DNA of 64,000 bases, from positions 85,312,001-85,376,000 of the forward strand of contig OZ024743.1 in the NCBI GenBank assembly GCA_964016885.1, in the 5' to 3' direction. Shown one piece after another: positions 14,690-26,779 of this stretch. Below the pieces are notes generated by a model. The model was given only the letters and a program-made list of their open reading frames with translations. It was not told the DNA's origin and did no database searches. The DNA comes from Eledone cirrhosa (Eukaryota). Both the position numbers and the translations under genes were made by a program. Position 1 is the stretch's first letter. Every line of letters begins with the position of its first letter.

Positions 14690-15190
14690 GCATAACACCA
14701 GAGACATGCAATTGTGTGAGGTCAGTTTTTATCATTTCATCCCAAGTTTTCCTAGGTCTTCTTCTTCCATAGCTTTTATCAACTTTGAGCACCCTGCACC
14801 TTTTTATACAGCTGTCATCCTTTATTACAGGTCTATATCAATGCAATCTACTCTCCTGCATATTAGATCTGACACCTATTATGCCCAATTCCTCTCTTAG
14901 TTCACTTATACTTTGTCATTCATATATATTGCTATTACATATCCATTGCAGCACGCAGGCTTCATTTCTTTCTAATTTTTGTTGATCTTCAACACACATC
15001 AGTCAGATCTCACTACCATGCTGCTCGTATATACACAGCAGTAGTAGCTCTCTCAACTTTCTCCATCCATTCTCACTGACTACTGTACTTTCAGAAAACC
15101 TGCCTCTACTACCAACTTGGTCACCCAGATAACAGAAGCAATCAACTGTCTTTACAGAACCTTCTAAAAATATGTTTTTGAGTCCTTGTA
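14690..15190 (-). mobile_element. Decayed RTE-clade LINE fragment
   Basis: VDCFCYLGDQV...GWRKLRELL...HGSE motif, same family as 61148-61450. Confidence 0.65.
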
Positions 15191-15221
15191 CGGTGAACAT
15201 TTCATATATATATATATCTAT

Positions 15222-15772
15222 CTAGGGCAGGTAAAATTCCCGAGATTCATGGACGAGTTCTCTCCAGCGGTCTCTGTCTCTCATTATCGCTGCCATGTCC
15301 TGCATCTCCAACAGACCAATGTTTGTCCTTAGGGCATCAACATACATTAACCTTGGTCTTCCTCTTCCAGTGTGTCCATGCAGGGGCTCCCACAGGAGCA
15401 CTGAGTGCAGTGTCAACTCTGGATGTCGGTGAGCATGTCCAGCTAACCTCAGTCTCCTCTGTGTTACTTTTGAGCTGACTTTTGGGAGGCTCCCATACAG
15501 CTCTGAGTTCTTCATCCTCAGTGTATACTGATTAATGTTCAGAGCCATCCTCGTGTAGCACCCATCTACCATTTGAGTGAGTTTCTTGGTCAGTGTCCAA
15601 GTCTCAGACCCGTACAGCAATGAAGAGGCGGATCTTCAGGTCCTCACGAAGGTTCAACTTCCACACCGATCTCAAACTGTGGCACGCCGCCCAGGCTTTG
15701 CTCTTCCTCTCAACCACATCATCTTCCGTATTGCCAATCTTTGTTCCCAAATACAGGAAGTCCTCAACTAAT
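15222..15772 (-). mobile_element. 5'-truncated RTE-like LINE (second family) in (AT)n
   Basis: VEDFLYLG..., LYGSETWTLT...DGCYTRM...RRLRLAGH..RHPE...LLWEP..G..GRGRP C-terminal RTE region. Confidence 0.8.
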
Positions 15773-15777
15773 TCCAG

Positions 15778-15809
<32 letters not shown>

Positions 15810-16184
15810 TATATATACATACATATATAATTAAAGCTACAACTTTCATTTATACCTATTATTATTATTATTTTCTTAGTTTCATGTAATTAATTAATAA
15901 CGTATTAGTTATTTTTTGTTTATAAACACTAGAGATTTTTTGAGGTTGTGGAAATCTCTTTGATCACATCTTGAATTTACCTGCCTAAAGTTCAGTCAAA
16001 TGATCTTCCTTTTTTGAGAGAAGTCACATGATGACACAGAAGAATTTACTACTACAGTAAAATGTTTCCCTGTTTCTTCCAAGCAAAACTAAGCCAGATA
16101 ATATCTAACGAACACCTGTTAAGGAAAGGATCTCCTGTTCCACCGCTAAACAATAGCTAGGTGCATTTATGACTTGCATATCAT

Positions 16185-16548
16185 CATCATCATCCTTTTA
16201 TGTCCGCTTTTCTCTGCTTGCAAGCGTGGGACAGGAACTGATTCTGGCTTGGTTTCTACAGCTGGATGCCCTTCCTAACACCAACCTCATTTACAGTGAG
16301 TGCTGGGTGCTTTTTTTTCCGTGGTGCCTACACGTCCACTTTACAGTGTGGGCTGGGTGCTTTTTTGCCGTGCCACCTCCAGGACCACTTTGCAGTGGAA
16401 TGATAGGGACCCCAGTCCCTATCATCTCATTTCTACAGCTGAGTGAACTGGAGCAATGTCAAATAAAGTGTCTTGCTCAAGGAAACAACACATCACCCGG
16501 TCTGACAATTGAACTCACAACTTTGCGATTGCAAGGCCAATGCTCTAA
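16185..16548 (-). mobile_element. Composite SINE with RTE-type tail; near-identical copies at about 58095-58440 and 58860-59178
   Basis: Shared ...gagcaatgtgaaataaagtgtcttgctcaaggaaacaacac...ttgaactcacaac tRNA-like head and (ATC)n/tttacgtccgcttt tail. Confidence 0.75.
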
Positions 16549-16580
16549 CGTATATATATATATACATATATATATATACA

Positions 16581-16627
<47 letters not shown>

Positions 16628-16707
16628 ATATACATGCATATATACACATATATATATATGTATATATATGTATATATGTATATATATATATGTGTATATA
16701 TATATAT

Positions 16708-17185
16708 ATATTGTTATACTTTGGGAGGGTCATGTTGCCAATAAGAAACACACGCACCAGTTGCTTTCACTCCAATTTATTATAAATTAAATTTATAAAT
16801 TTCCGGTTGGTTGGTTGGTTCCACAACCGGACGGTTGTTCATATATTGTCAAAGTTCTTTCGTCACACATTCTGTGACCTCTTCAGTGACTTAAGGACAG
16901 AACAAAGGAGAAGCACAAAACAAAGAAAAGAATCCCCAGTCACTGAAGAGGTCACAGAATGTGTGACGAAAGAACTTTGACAATATATGAACAACCGTCC
17001 GGTTGTGGAACCAACCAACCAACCGGAAATTTATAAATTTACAAATTTAATTTATAATAAATTGGAGTGAAAGCAACTGGTGCGTGTGTTTCTTATTGGC
17101 AACATGACCCTCCCAAAGCATAACAATATCGGTTTCAACACACGTTTTCAGATAAAGAATCTTGCTAAACAAATTCAGAAACGAA

Positions 17186-17186
<1 letters not shown>
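16708..17186. mobile_element. Foldback element (~185-bp inverted arms, ~46-bp spacer) in (AT)n; Penelope-like inverted pLTR
   Basis: 16708-16891 is the reverse complement of 16938-17129 apart from an 8-bp indel; hammerhead core in each arm. Confidence 0.65.
16939..16981 (+). ncRNA. Minimal type-I hammerhead ribozyme motif (mirror copy at 16848-16890, minus strand)
   Basis: GUCA-CUGAAGA-G-[GUCACA GAAUG UGUGAC]-GAAA-G AA C-UU-UGAC; stem I GUCA/UGAC, 6-bp stem II, minimal stem III. Confidence 0.6.
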
Positions 17187-17223
<37 letters not shown>

Positions 17224-17396
17224 GTATGTATATGCATGTATATATATATACATGCATATATATATATGCATGTATATATATCTACATATATACATGCATA
17301 TATATATATATACATGCATATATATATATGCATGTATATATATATACATATATATATACATGCATATATATATACATGCATATATATATATATACA

Positions 17397-17464
<68 letters not shown>

Positions 17465-17559
17465 CATATATATACATATATACACATGCATATATATATA
17501 TATATATACATATATATATACATGCATATATATATATATATACACACATATATACATGC

Positions 17560-17590
<31 letters not shown>

Positions 17591-17758
17591 TATATACACA
17601 TACATATATATATATACACGCACACACATACATATATACTCACACACGTACATATATATACACACACATATATATATATATATACACACACACATATATA
17701 TATATATATCATCATCATCATCATTTTACGTCTGCTTTTCCCTGCTTGCAAGGGTTGG

Positions 17759-17801
<43 letters not shown>

Positions 17802-17841
17802 TATATATAGGCATACACCCACACGGATATATACATATATA

Positions 17842-18736
17842 TATATGAAAGACGTAAAATAAGAAAATTATAAAAATTAACTTACTTACTAAAATTTCAC
17901 TCCAACTAATTAGTTTCTGAAAGGGAATAAACATGGTTTCCAAATGGAGCACACGGAGAAGGCCTTTCGTCATCACGAAAGGCCTTCTCCATGTGTTCCA
18001 TTTGGAAACCATGTTTATTCCCTTTCAGAAACTAATTAGTTGGAGTGAAATTTTAGTAAGTAAGTTAATTTTTATAATTTTCTTATTTTACGTCTTTCAT
18101 ATAATTGTTCTGCATCCCCTTGCATTGAACCACAAAGTTACTAAGACAAAACCTATATATTTGCTAGCATAGGTATGCATCTGTATATATATGTTGGTAG
18201 ATATACTAATTCTTTATAATTATCTCCAAATTATTTGTTGAGCAAAAATTTGCCAAAACTGCTACTATAGTTCATAGTAATAGTTCGGCTACTGTCTTCT
18301 TAACACCCCACTCCTCACTGATTTACCTCGATGTCACGTGATTGATTCTTTTGAATTTGCCACCGACCAAGTAGGCAGTGATTTTTTCAATGTCTTGGAA
18401 CTTAGTCCACGCTTTGCTTTTTTCCATCCACTGAATTATTTTTGTATAAGTTCCCTGTGTCCACGCATTGCCTGGGAACTTAGCTGAGAATAGACTTCCC
18501 TGATGACGAAAGGCCCTCTCCATGTGCTCCATTTGGAAACCATGTTTATTCCCTTTCAGAAACTAATTAGTTGGAGTGAAATTTTAGTAAGTAAGTTAAT
18601 TTTTATAATTTTCTTATTTTACGTCTTTCATATAATTGTTCTGCATCCCCTTGCATTGAACCACAAAGTTACTAAGACAAAACCTATATATTTGCTAGCA
18701 TAGGTGTGCATCTGTATATATATGTTGGTAGATATA
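17842..18736. mobile_element. Inverted-plus-direct repeat element (Penelope-like partial tandem) in (AT)n
   Basis: 129-bp palindrome arms 17842-17970 and 17975-18103 around a 4-nt loop; 17975-18205 repeated 531 bp downstream at 18506-18736. Confidence 0.6.
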
Positions 18737-18762
18737 ATTCTTTATATATATATATATATAAA

Positions 18763-18970
18763 ATGGAAAACGAAGCATCAGTGATGCATCGGAACACAAT
18801 TTATTACGTATTACAATTGTTTCTCCGGCGAATAGCTCGAGGTGCGTTCTGTGGATTGAACCTGACTCTGAATTCAATCCACAGATCGCACCTCGAGCTG
18901 TTCGCTGGAGAAACAATTGTAATACATAATAAATTGTGGTCCGATGCATCACTGATGCTTCGTTTTCCAT
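18763..18970. repeat. Long hairpin, 98-bp arms and 12-nt loop
   Basis: 18763-18860 pairs with 18873-18970 with about 5 mismatches. Confidence 0.92.
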
Positions 18971-19048
18971 ATTATTATTCTCTGCTCTGAAGGAGCATAG
19001 AGTGCTCAACTGGCATACCGCCTATGGACGCATCCTAGCAACCATGCG

Positions 19049-19100
<52 letters not shown>

Positions 19101-19657
19101 CCAAATTAAAAAATATATATGTTTATATATAGAGAGAAAGAGCCATACATCGTAAAAGAAACATGGTATATTGTATATATACCAAATACATATTCTATAT
19201 ACATAACATATATAGAGAGAGAGATAGAGAGAAACAGAGAGAGAAACACGATAGGTAGATAAATACACATATACACACACATGATAGATAGGTATACATA
19301 CATTATAAAGTAAACTGAGATGAAGGTGGTGGTGTTAAGGTGGGAGGTAGAAATCTACCAACTCCACCAACACACATACATACTAACACACATGCACACA
19401 TAGGAAGTAAGGTTGAGAGGTGTGATAGAGGGAAGAAGTAGTCCCCCAAAACACACACACACATGCAATCACTAAAAAGAAATGGAGATAGTGAGGAAGG
19501 ATGGCGGGAAAAGTCCACCAAAACACACACATACACACACTGACACAGACATACACAGACACACACACTGGAAAAAAAGAAAGAAGAGCAGGAAGCAAGG
19601 AGGCGGAGGTAGTGGCTGTGATGAAGAGCCATGTTGGCCTGGCCGCAGCAAAGTAAG

Positions 19658-19742
19658 TTAATCTTCCCAAGGGCTGACATCTGTATCAATTGCAATACAG
19701 TTATAAGCAGCGTACTGGAGCTTCTCTTCAGCAATCTTGGCA
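19658..19742 (-). CDS. HECTD3: HECTD3 last coding exon
   Basis: ctctag|[30 protein letters not shown]; matches the HECTD3 C-terminus ([23 protein letters not shown]). Confidence 0.97.
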
Positions 19743-19924
19743 CTAGAGAAAGAGAAAGAAATGGTAAAAGAGGGGACAACATTATTGCAGGTTTATAGCA
19801 CCTTTCTTTTATTTGAAAATATTGGTTTCACAGGAAATAGATGTAATAAGTGAAACACTAGTAGATAACAGTTGAGAAAATTGTGTAAATTACCTGTAGA
19901 GATGGAAAAACAGTGGACAGAGAT

Positions 19925-19970
19925 GTAGTGCACCTGAGCACTGTACACAATAATTTCATTATTATTATTA
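19925..19970 (+). mobile_element. Extreme 3' tail of CR1-type LINE
   Basis: GTAGTGCACCTGAGCACTGTACACAATAATTTC(ATT)n, matching the CR1 3' ends at 20343-20395 and 32505-32553. Confidence 0.75.
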
Positions 19971-20342
19971 TCTCTTGAATACTGTGTGTGTTGTTCTTTT
20001 CTTATAATTCCATAACTCCTGAGGGAGTCGTAGGGACCCTATATTGACTCATGGAATTTCTAGGGTATTATTAAGCCTTGCAGAGCCTATCTCCTCTCTA
20101 TGTCTGAATACAGCAGATTTCTTTCAGAGAAGGATAGAGAGTGAGAGGATGGAAGTGAGAAAGAGATATAGAGGAAGAATCAACCCCAGTACAAAGACTG
20201 GTATTGTTTTAGCTGGTTCAAAACCAGACTGAAGAATGCCCTATTTTGAGTGTTCCTAAAATGTAGGTTTATATAAATAGGGCTAACTGGGACAACAACT
20301 AACTTTAAAGGCATGGTCTATGTATAGGTGTACTGAGTTTAT

Positions 20343-23300
20343 ATAATAATAATAATAACAAAATTATTGTGTAAAGTGCTCAGGTGCACTACAACTCGTC
20401 AAAGGTGCATGTATAGTACATAGAATAATATACAAATGTCAGGGAAGTGAATAGTGTATGAGCCATGGTATACATGTGTGTATGTGTATGGAGGGGGAAC
20501 ATTAGGTGTAGTGTTGGCGAATCTTGTGAAGCATGGAGGTTTTAAAGGATGCAGTGTCTCAACAGCTAACAACTGATGCAGGTAGTTTGTTCCATGCTTC
20601 AGCAACTCTGAGCGTGAAAAAATGTTTCCGAAAGTCATGGGAACTGTGCTGTTTTCTGACTTTGTGGGCATGCCCACGTGTGTTAAACACATGGAAATCA
20701 AAAAGGTACTCAGAGTTGTTGTTGGCAAGAGGGTTAATAATTTTGTGGGTGTTTACCAAGTCAGTTGCTAGGCGTTGGAGCTTCAATGTATCCATGCCCA
20801 GAGAAGCAAGGCGTTCAGAGTATGGTAGATGCCTGATGGAGGGTATTCGCTTGGTTGCGCGTCTCTGAACAGTTTCCAGGTGGTCAATGTTCTGAGCAAG
20901 ATAGGGGTTCCAGACCGGTGATGCAAATTCTAAGTGTGGCCGCACCATAGCCATGTACAGCCTTAAATAGATATCTGGAGAGCGGCTGACAAAGGTCGTG
21001 CTGAGTGATGCTAAGACACCCTCGGCCCTCTTGACAATTTTGGAGACGTGCTTCATCCAACGCAAATCGCTGCTGACCATAATGCCCGGTCACATTCACA
21101 AGAAGACTTCTTGATATTAGTGCTGTGGAGGGAGTATGTGGACGCTGGGTTTTTACTCCCAAAATGCATGGTGGTGCACTTGTCCACAGACAGCTAGAGT
21201 TGCCAGTCTGTAATCCATTGTTGCATTGTGTCTAGGTCAGACTGCAAGCAAGATCTATAGTGTTCAGGATCTGTCCTTTTTATCTCAAGGTACAGCTTGA
21301 TGTCATCTGCGTATTTCAGTACTGTGGCATTCTTTAAGTTGGCATCTATGTCATTAATATATGCCACAAACAAAAGGGGGCCAAGAACAGATCCCTGTGG
21401 TACACCAAATGACATCTCATATGGTGAGGAATGCTGTCCCAGAACCGTGACTACCTCTCTTCGACTGAGAATGAAGGACTTCAACGAGTTAAAAAGATTA
21501 TCCTTCACACCCATTGCAGAGAGTTTTGCCATAAGTCTTTTGTGTGGCACAGAATTGAAAGCTTTCGCAAAGTTAAACAACATCCACCCATGAGCCGCTG
21601 TCAGTAATCCGGGTAATGTCTTCAAGAAACTTGATAAGTTGATCACAGCAGCTGGAGTTAGGGATAAATCCAAATTGCGAGGGCCGGATAAGACTGTGAG
21701 AGTTCCAGAAGTTCCAAAGTGTTTCTCTGACACAGGATTCCATCAGTTTGGCAATGCAACTAGTAAGTCTGACTGGACGATAGTTCACAGGTGATGTGCG
21801 GTCACCCTTTTTGAACAGAGGAATGACACTGGCAGTTTTCCACTGTTCTGGAATAGCACCGTTGTTCAGACAGAATTGGAAGAAGTGTGATAGCTGGTGC
21901 AGAAGGAAGTACCCACCACGTTTAAGAAGCAGGTACATAACACCATCAAGACCAGGAGAGGCATGGTTGCGTTTATTTTTAAGGTGACGTCGCAGCATTG
22001 CAGATGTAAATTCCATGGTTGTAATAGAATCCGGTGTCATAGGTGGTGGTAACGGTACACTCTGGTCTTCAATAGTGAAAATGCCTGCATAGCATTCAGC
22101 AATGAGCTCTGCGCATTCCTTGGGGTCGTCGGTAACCTGGTTTGTGAAGGGATTGTGAAGAGGAACAACTGGAGAGTGAGGCCTCTGCTTTGAGTGAACA
22201 TACTTCCAGAACACCTTACTGTCAGGGCTGGTTGCTATGTGTTGCTCAAATTAAAGCACTGCCTTTTTTGTCACCTGTTTGAGGTGGTTGGATGATTTAT
22301 TTTGCCTCTTCCTATTGATGTCTGATTTATGCAGTTTGTACTCATGTTCAGCATTACGACAGTCTTTTCTGGTAAGACGAACTGCTGCAGTCTCCCAAAT
22401 TGCACTTTTTGGATGTTTTTTCTGCTTACGTGACACCGATGCTGCACATGCTGTCCATATTGAGCTCAGGATGTTCTGGAGTAGTGTTGACATCTCCAGA
22501 GTCGTAGAACTCAAGCCAGTTTGGACGTTGCAACTCGGTGCAGTAACAGTTCCAGTCTGCTTTATTCCAGTCAAAGTGAGCAGTTTGGAGATGGTTGTGG
22601 TTTTTCTTACTGCCCATGAGGGACAGATTGGCAATGATCATAGCATGATCAGAGTCACCTAAAGGTTCCTCAGCAGTATCACTAATGACCATTTCAGGAG
22701 TAGTGGTGAAGAGTAGTTCCAAAGTGTTGTTACCTCTTGTTGGGGAGGTGACTACTTGGGACCGATTCGAGTCCAGCACTAGCTCAAGGAAGTCATTTGC
22801 ACTTGGCAGCCAACGAAAGGTTTCCCAGTCAATCTCAGGGTGATTGAAGTCCCCTGCAATAAAAACATAAGTGGCTATTTTCCTGGCAGCAGCTCTGAGG
22901 ATATCACAAAGTTGTGTGTCCTGATGGTAATTTGGGGGACGGTAAACGACTCCAAGTAGCAGTGTTGACATGGTCATACGTATATCGCAGAAAAATACTT
23001 CCTGCTGTGATTGGTTCAAATCAACACAAGGAATTGCCGACAAATTTGACCGAACGTAGACTATTACACCACCACCACCACGATTAATGCGGTCTTTACG
23101 AAACAAGTTGTAGCCAGTTATGCTGAAAACCCCATCACAGAGTAAGGAATGTGTCGAAGTTTCCGTGACTGTAATGAAGTCAGGGTTGATACTTTTGACG
23201 TAGGAGTCAAAAAGATGAATCTTATTGCATAGACTACATGCATTCAAGGACAACAATTTGTATCTTGATTCCAGTATATGATTATGTGCAGGGAATGGCA

Positions 23301-23575
23301 GGTTGTTCTGATTTAGTTTCCCCAGTTTTTTCAGTTTTTTTATTGTCAGTTGTTGTGGGTACAGTGTTTTCAGACCAGCTGGTATCTCTTTTCCATGTTT
23401 CACCAGCCTTAACAAACTTCCATATCTGCCCATCATCACTTAGGCTGAAGCTTTCATGTTCTGCCGAGCCGCGGTTTAAGGAAGCAGCAGCACGCAACTT
23501 TGGGCGGACATCAGGTGGACGACCAGGGCGTGTTCGGAAAGCAATGCGACTTTCACGCCTAGCTTCATCAGGTGT
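20343..23575 (-). mobile_element. CR1-clade LINE, decayed ORF2 (APE endonuclease plus RT), in the last HECTD3 intron
   Basis: EN motifs TET, YRPP, GDFN, SDH; RT motifs NYRPV, QGSVLGPLLF, YADD; C-terminal RPHLEFA..VW.P; frameshifted; (ATT)n tail. Confidence 0.93.
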
Positions 23576-23775
23576 ATAAAGAGAGAGGTGAACAGGTGTA
23601 CAAACATAGTCTAGGTGTGAAGACAGTTTATAGGTGTAAAGATGTAGTTTATGTGTGTAAAGATGTAGTTTATATGTGTAAAGAGAAAGGTGTAGAGGTG
23701 TAAAGAGAAAGCTGTGTACAGACCTAGTTTACATGTATAAAGATGTAATTTATAGGTATAAAGAGGTGTACAAAC

Positions 23776-23844
23776 CTTGAATATCTGGGCATAAATAACA
23801 TGTTACCACAGGTTGATGATTCTGGTAAAACATTGTCCACCTCC
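23776..23844 (-). CDS. HECTD3: HECTD3 coding exon with catalytic cysteine
   Basis: tttcag|EVDNVLPESSTCGNMLFMPRYS(S)|GTTTGT; LPxSxTC active-site motif; not reported in the ORF track in this frame. Confidence 0.95.
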
Positions 23845-24578
23845 CTGAAATTAACAAAATAATCAGAGGAAAATAGAATAACTTGAAATATATGTGTAAA
23901 ATTAGCGGAAACATTTGATGTGATAGGAGAGAGAGCAAACTGGGGAAGGGGGTTGTGGCATTAATTCATGCCCTAATTATTATTATTAACGTTAGTATGA
24001 AGAGGGGACCTTGTAAGTCACAAACACTGATCTAAGCAAAATAAGGTACCAGTGGTAAGAACATTTACATTGGAGCTAATAGTAAAATTTTAACTCTGAT
24101 TATTAAGGTCCAAGCCTCCTGAAACTGCCCATGGTTTTATGATACACACTGTAAAGTGGTTGGTGATTGGAAAAATATCTAGCTGTAGAAAACCTGGAAA
24201 ACAAAGTGTTGAGAGGAGTTTTTAGCTGTGTAAAAGATATGACAGCTTCCCTAATGCTGGAGCCACAATAAAATGCATTCAATAGAGCATGGGAACATAT
24301 GTAAGTATGAAGCAGGCAGCCAGCATGTCTGAAGACTGAGTGAAGTACAGAAACATATGAGACGAGAGCCCCTGTCTCGGCTGAGAAATGTATGTAACCA
24401 AGATATAGGCTCTTGGTCTGTCTGAGCACTTGGTAGTGTGCAGGAATGTATGTACATGAGATGTGTGGTCCCAGTCGATCTGAATGATCAGTAGCTTCAC
24501 TGAGTACTGACTTGATCGAAGATGACCTATCCAGTCATCGCTGGCAGAGAGACGTTAAATGATGTTATATATACTTAC

Positions 24579-24732
24579 GGTTTAGCAGACGAAAGGTAGA
24601 TAGGAGCAGGTAGGCGCCGTCTTCCAGTAACAAATCGTAGCAATCGGCTTCGATCTTCATTGGAGAAGTTCTTGACAGCTTCCCAGAAGTGTTTCACTTG
24701 AAGATCAGTGGGTTCCAAGTCTACGAGGTGGA
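24579..24732 (-). CDS. HECTD3: HECTD3 coding exon (HECT C-lobe)
   Basis: atccag|[50 protein letters not shown](P)|GTAAGT; FW...RFVTG..RLP HECT motif. Confidence 0.96.
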
Positions 24733-24853
24733 CTGGATGGGCAGACAACAATGTCAGATATAGAAACACATACACATATAATATATACATATATACACAC
24801 ACATATATATAGGAAAGATATTTACATAGATCACAATATAAGATATATACACA

Positions 24854-24886
<33 letters not shown>

Positions 24887-25276
24887 TTTACGTCCGCTCT
24901 TCCCTGCTTGCATTATAATATAATACACACACACAGATATAGATAGGAACCCATGCCAGAATGGAAAGTGGACGTAAAACAATGATAATGATAGGAAAGA
25001 TATTTACATAGACAACTATATAAGATATACACACACATATACTATACATACATTACATAGACACACACACACACATATAATATAGATACATCACATACAC
25101 ACATACAAATATGTATAGGAAAGATATTTACAGAGAATACAATGAAATATATAGACATACATACACACAAGAAGGATAATGCTACTACTACAACTACTAT
25201 TATGACAACTACTCACCACCACCACAACCACCAATACTATTATTACTACTATTACTATCAGTATAAAAACACTCAC

Positions 25277-25406
25277 CACTCTTCTGTAAAGCCTCCACAG
25301 TTATCTCTGCCTCTCCACACACCCGTCTCTCCAGCTCTTGCCATGTGGTCAGTTGAAGGACATCTTCTGGAATCACTTGTAACAGTCCCTTACGAATGGC
25401 TGCAAC
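25277..25406 (-). CDS. HECTD3: HECTD3 coding exon (HECT hinge)
   Basis: tttcag|[43 protein letters not shown](V)|GTGAGT. Confidence 0.96.
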
Positions 25407-25571
25407 CTGAAATATTACAAAAACAATCACAACAAACAGACAGACACAATTTCACCAACATCCCCATTACAGAAGATAAGAGGCTCATCAGGCCAGTGCT
25501 TATCTGGGTTTCATCAGTGTTAAGCAATTAAAATTACAAGACTTTTCCCTGGACAAGACATATAAGAGGAA

Positions 25572-26092
25572 TCAAATGTGTGCAGGAGAGGAGATTACGC
25601 TGGTATGGACATGTGATGCGTATGAAGGATGACAGCTGCATAAAAAGGTGTAGAGTACTAAAGGTTGATGGAAACCTTGGAGTGGAGAAACCCAGGAAGA
25701 CTTGGGATGAGGTGATAAAAGCTGACCTTGCCCAACTGCACCTCTCAAAGGCAATGACAGATGACCGAAACCTCTTGCATCATGCAATAATACGGAAGAC
25801 CCAACTTCTCACAAGTACAATCTAACTGAAGCTGAAGCATATAGACGGTATACCCCCACCCACTTCCCACTGTAAAGTAGTCATGTAGGCCCCACGCTAA
25901 AGAGCACCCAGTACACACTGTCAATGAGGTTGGTGTTAGGAAGAGCATCCAACTGTAGAAACCAAGCCCTAATCAGTTCTGTATGAGCAAGATATGGTCA
26001 CCTGACCTGGCATTGCCTACAACAGGACAACTCATCTAACCTATGCTAGCGTGGAAGGATGGATGTAAAATGGTGATGATGATGGTGATGAT
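25572..26092 (+). mobile_element. RTE 3' fragment plus RTE-tailed SINE remnant
   Basis: QERRLRWYGHVMR...PRKTW; gctagcgtggaaggatggatgtaaaatggtgatgatgatg tail. Confidence 0.7.
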
Positions 26093-26528
26093 ACATATTC
26101 CAACTCTAAATTCATTTACAAAATTTACCAATGCTACACAGTATTTATTGTAAACTTGCATCCATATTACCCACTGTGACCATTACTGTCCTTCTGACCT
26201 TCCATACTTTTTGCATGAATTCTCTCCTCTTCTCTGTCCACCTATTCTTTTGTCTCTACCAAACAGGTAACACAAGGTTAGATAGTTCAGTCAGGAGACC
26301 ACATTTCATATGCTTTAGCATCATGTTTCATCATGTTCTGTCTCTTCTGCTTAACCCTTTCTTGACTACACTCTATTTTAATTAATTAATGAAGAATTTA
26401 GAGGGATTTACTCAAATTATTGGTAAGAGAAAGAAAGATGGATGTCAATAAGGAGAGTAGGGAAGAGATGAAGATGGTGGTAGGTACTGAATACAGACAG
26501 GTCCAAGACAATTGTCCAATGTCCATAC

Positions 26529-26732
26529 CTGTTTTGAGCTTTCAGATATCCGAATCTTCTTCACCTCAGTGCAGTAATCATGTCTTTCATGATATTTCAG
26601 GCGGCGTGGGTTACCGTCATTGTCAAGACGTAAATGGACCTCAGTGCCATCACTCAGCGTTGTACTCCATAACCGATTCTCTGGCAGGAATTTATTTTCA
26701 TCTAAATTGACTAGAGTCTCTAGCAGCTTCAC
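26529..26732 (-). CDS. HECTD3: HECTD3 coding exon (HECT N-lobe)
   Basis: ccccag|VKLLETLVNLDENKFLPENRLWSTTLSDGTEVHLR...IRISESSKQ|GTATGG; 204 nt, phase 0. Confidence 0.93.
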
Positions 26733-26779
26733 CTGGGGATTGGAGAGTAATTACACATTAAGAACATGTAGAATACAGG

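Noticed and set aside
16545-17862. YI/IY-rich ORFs
   Set aside because: (AT)n microsatellite translations
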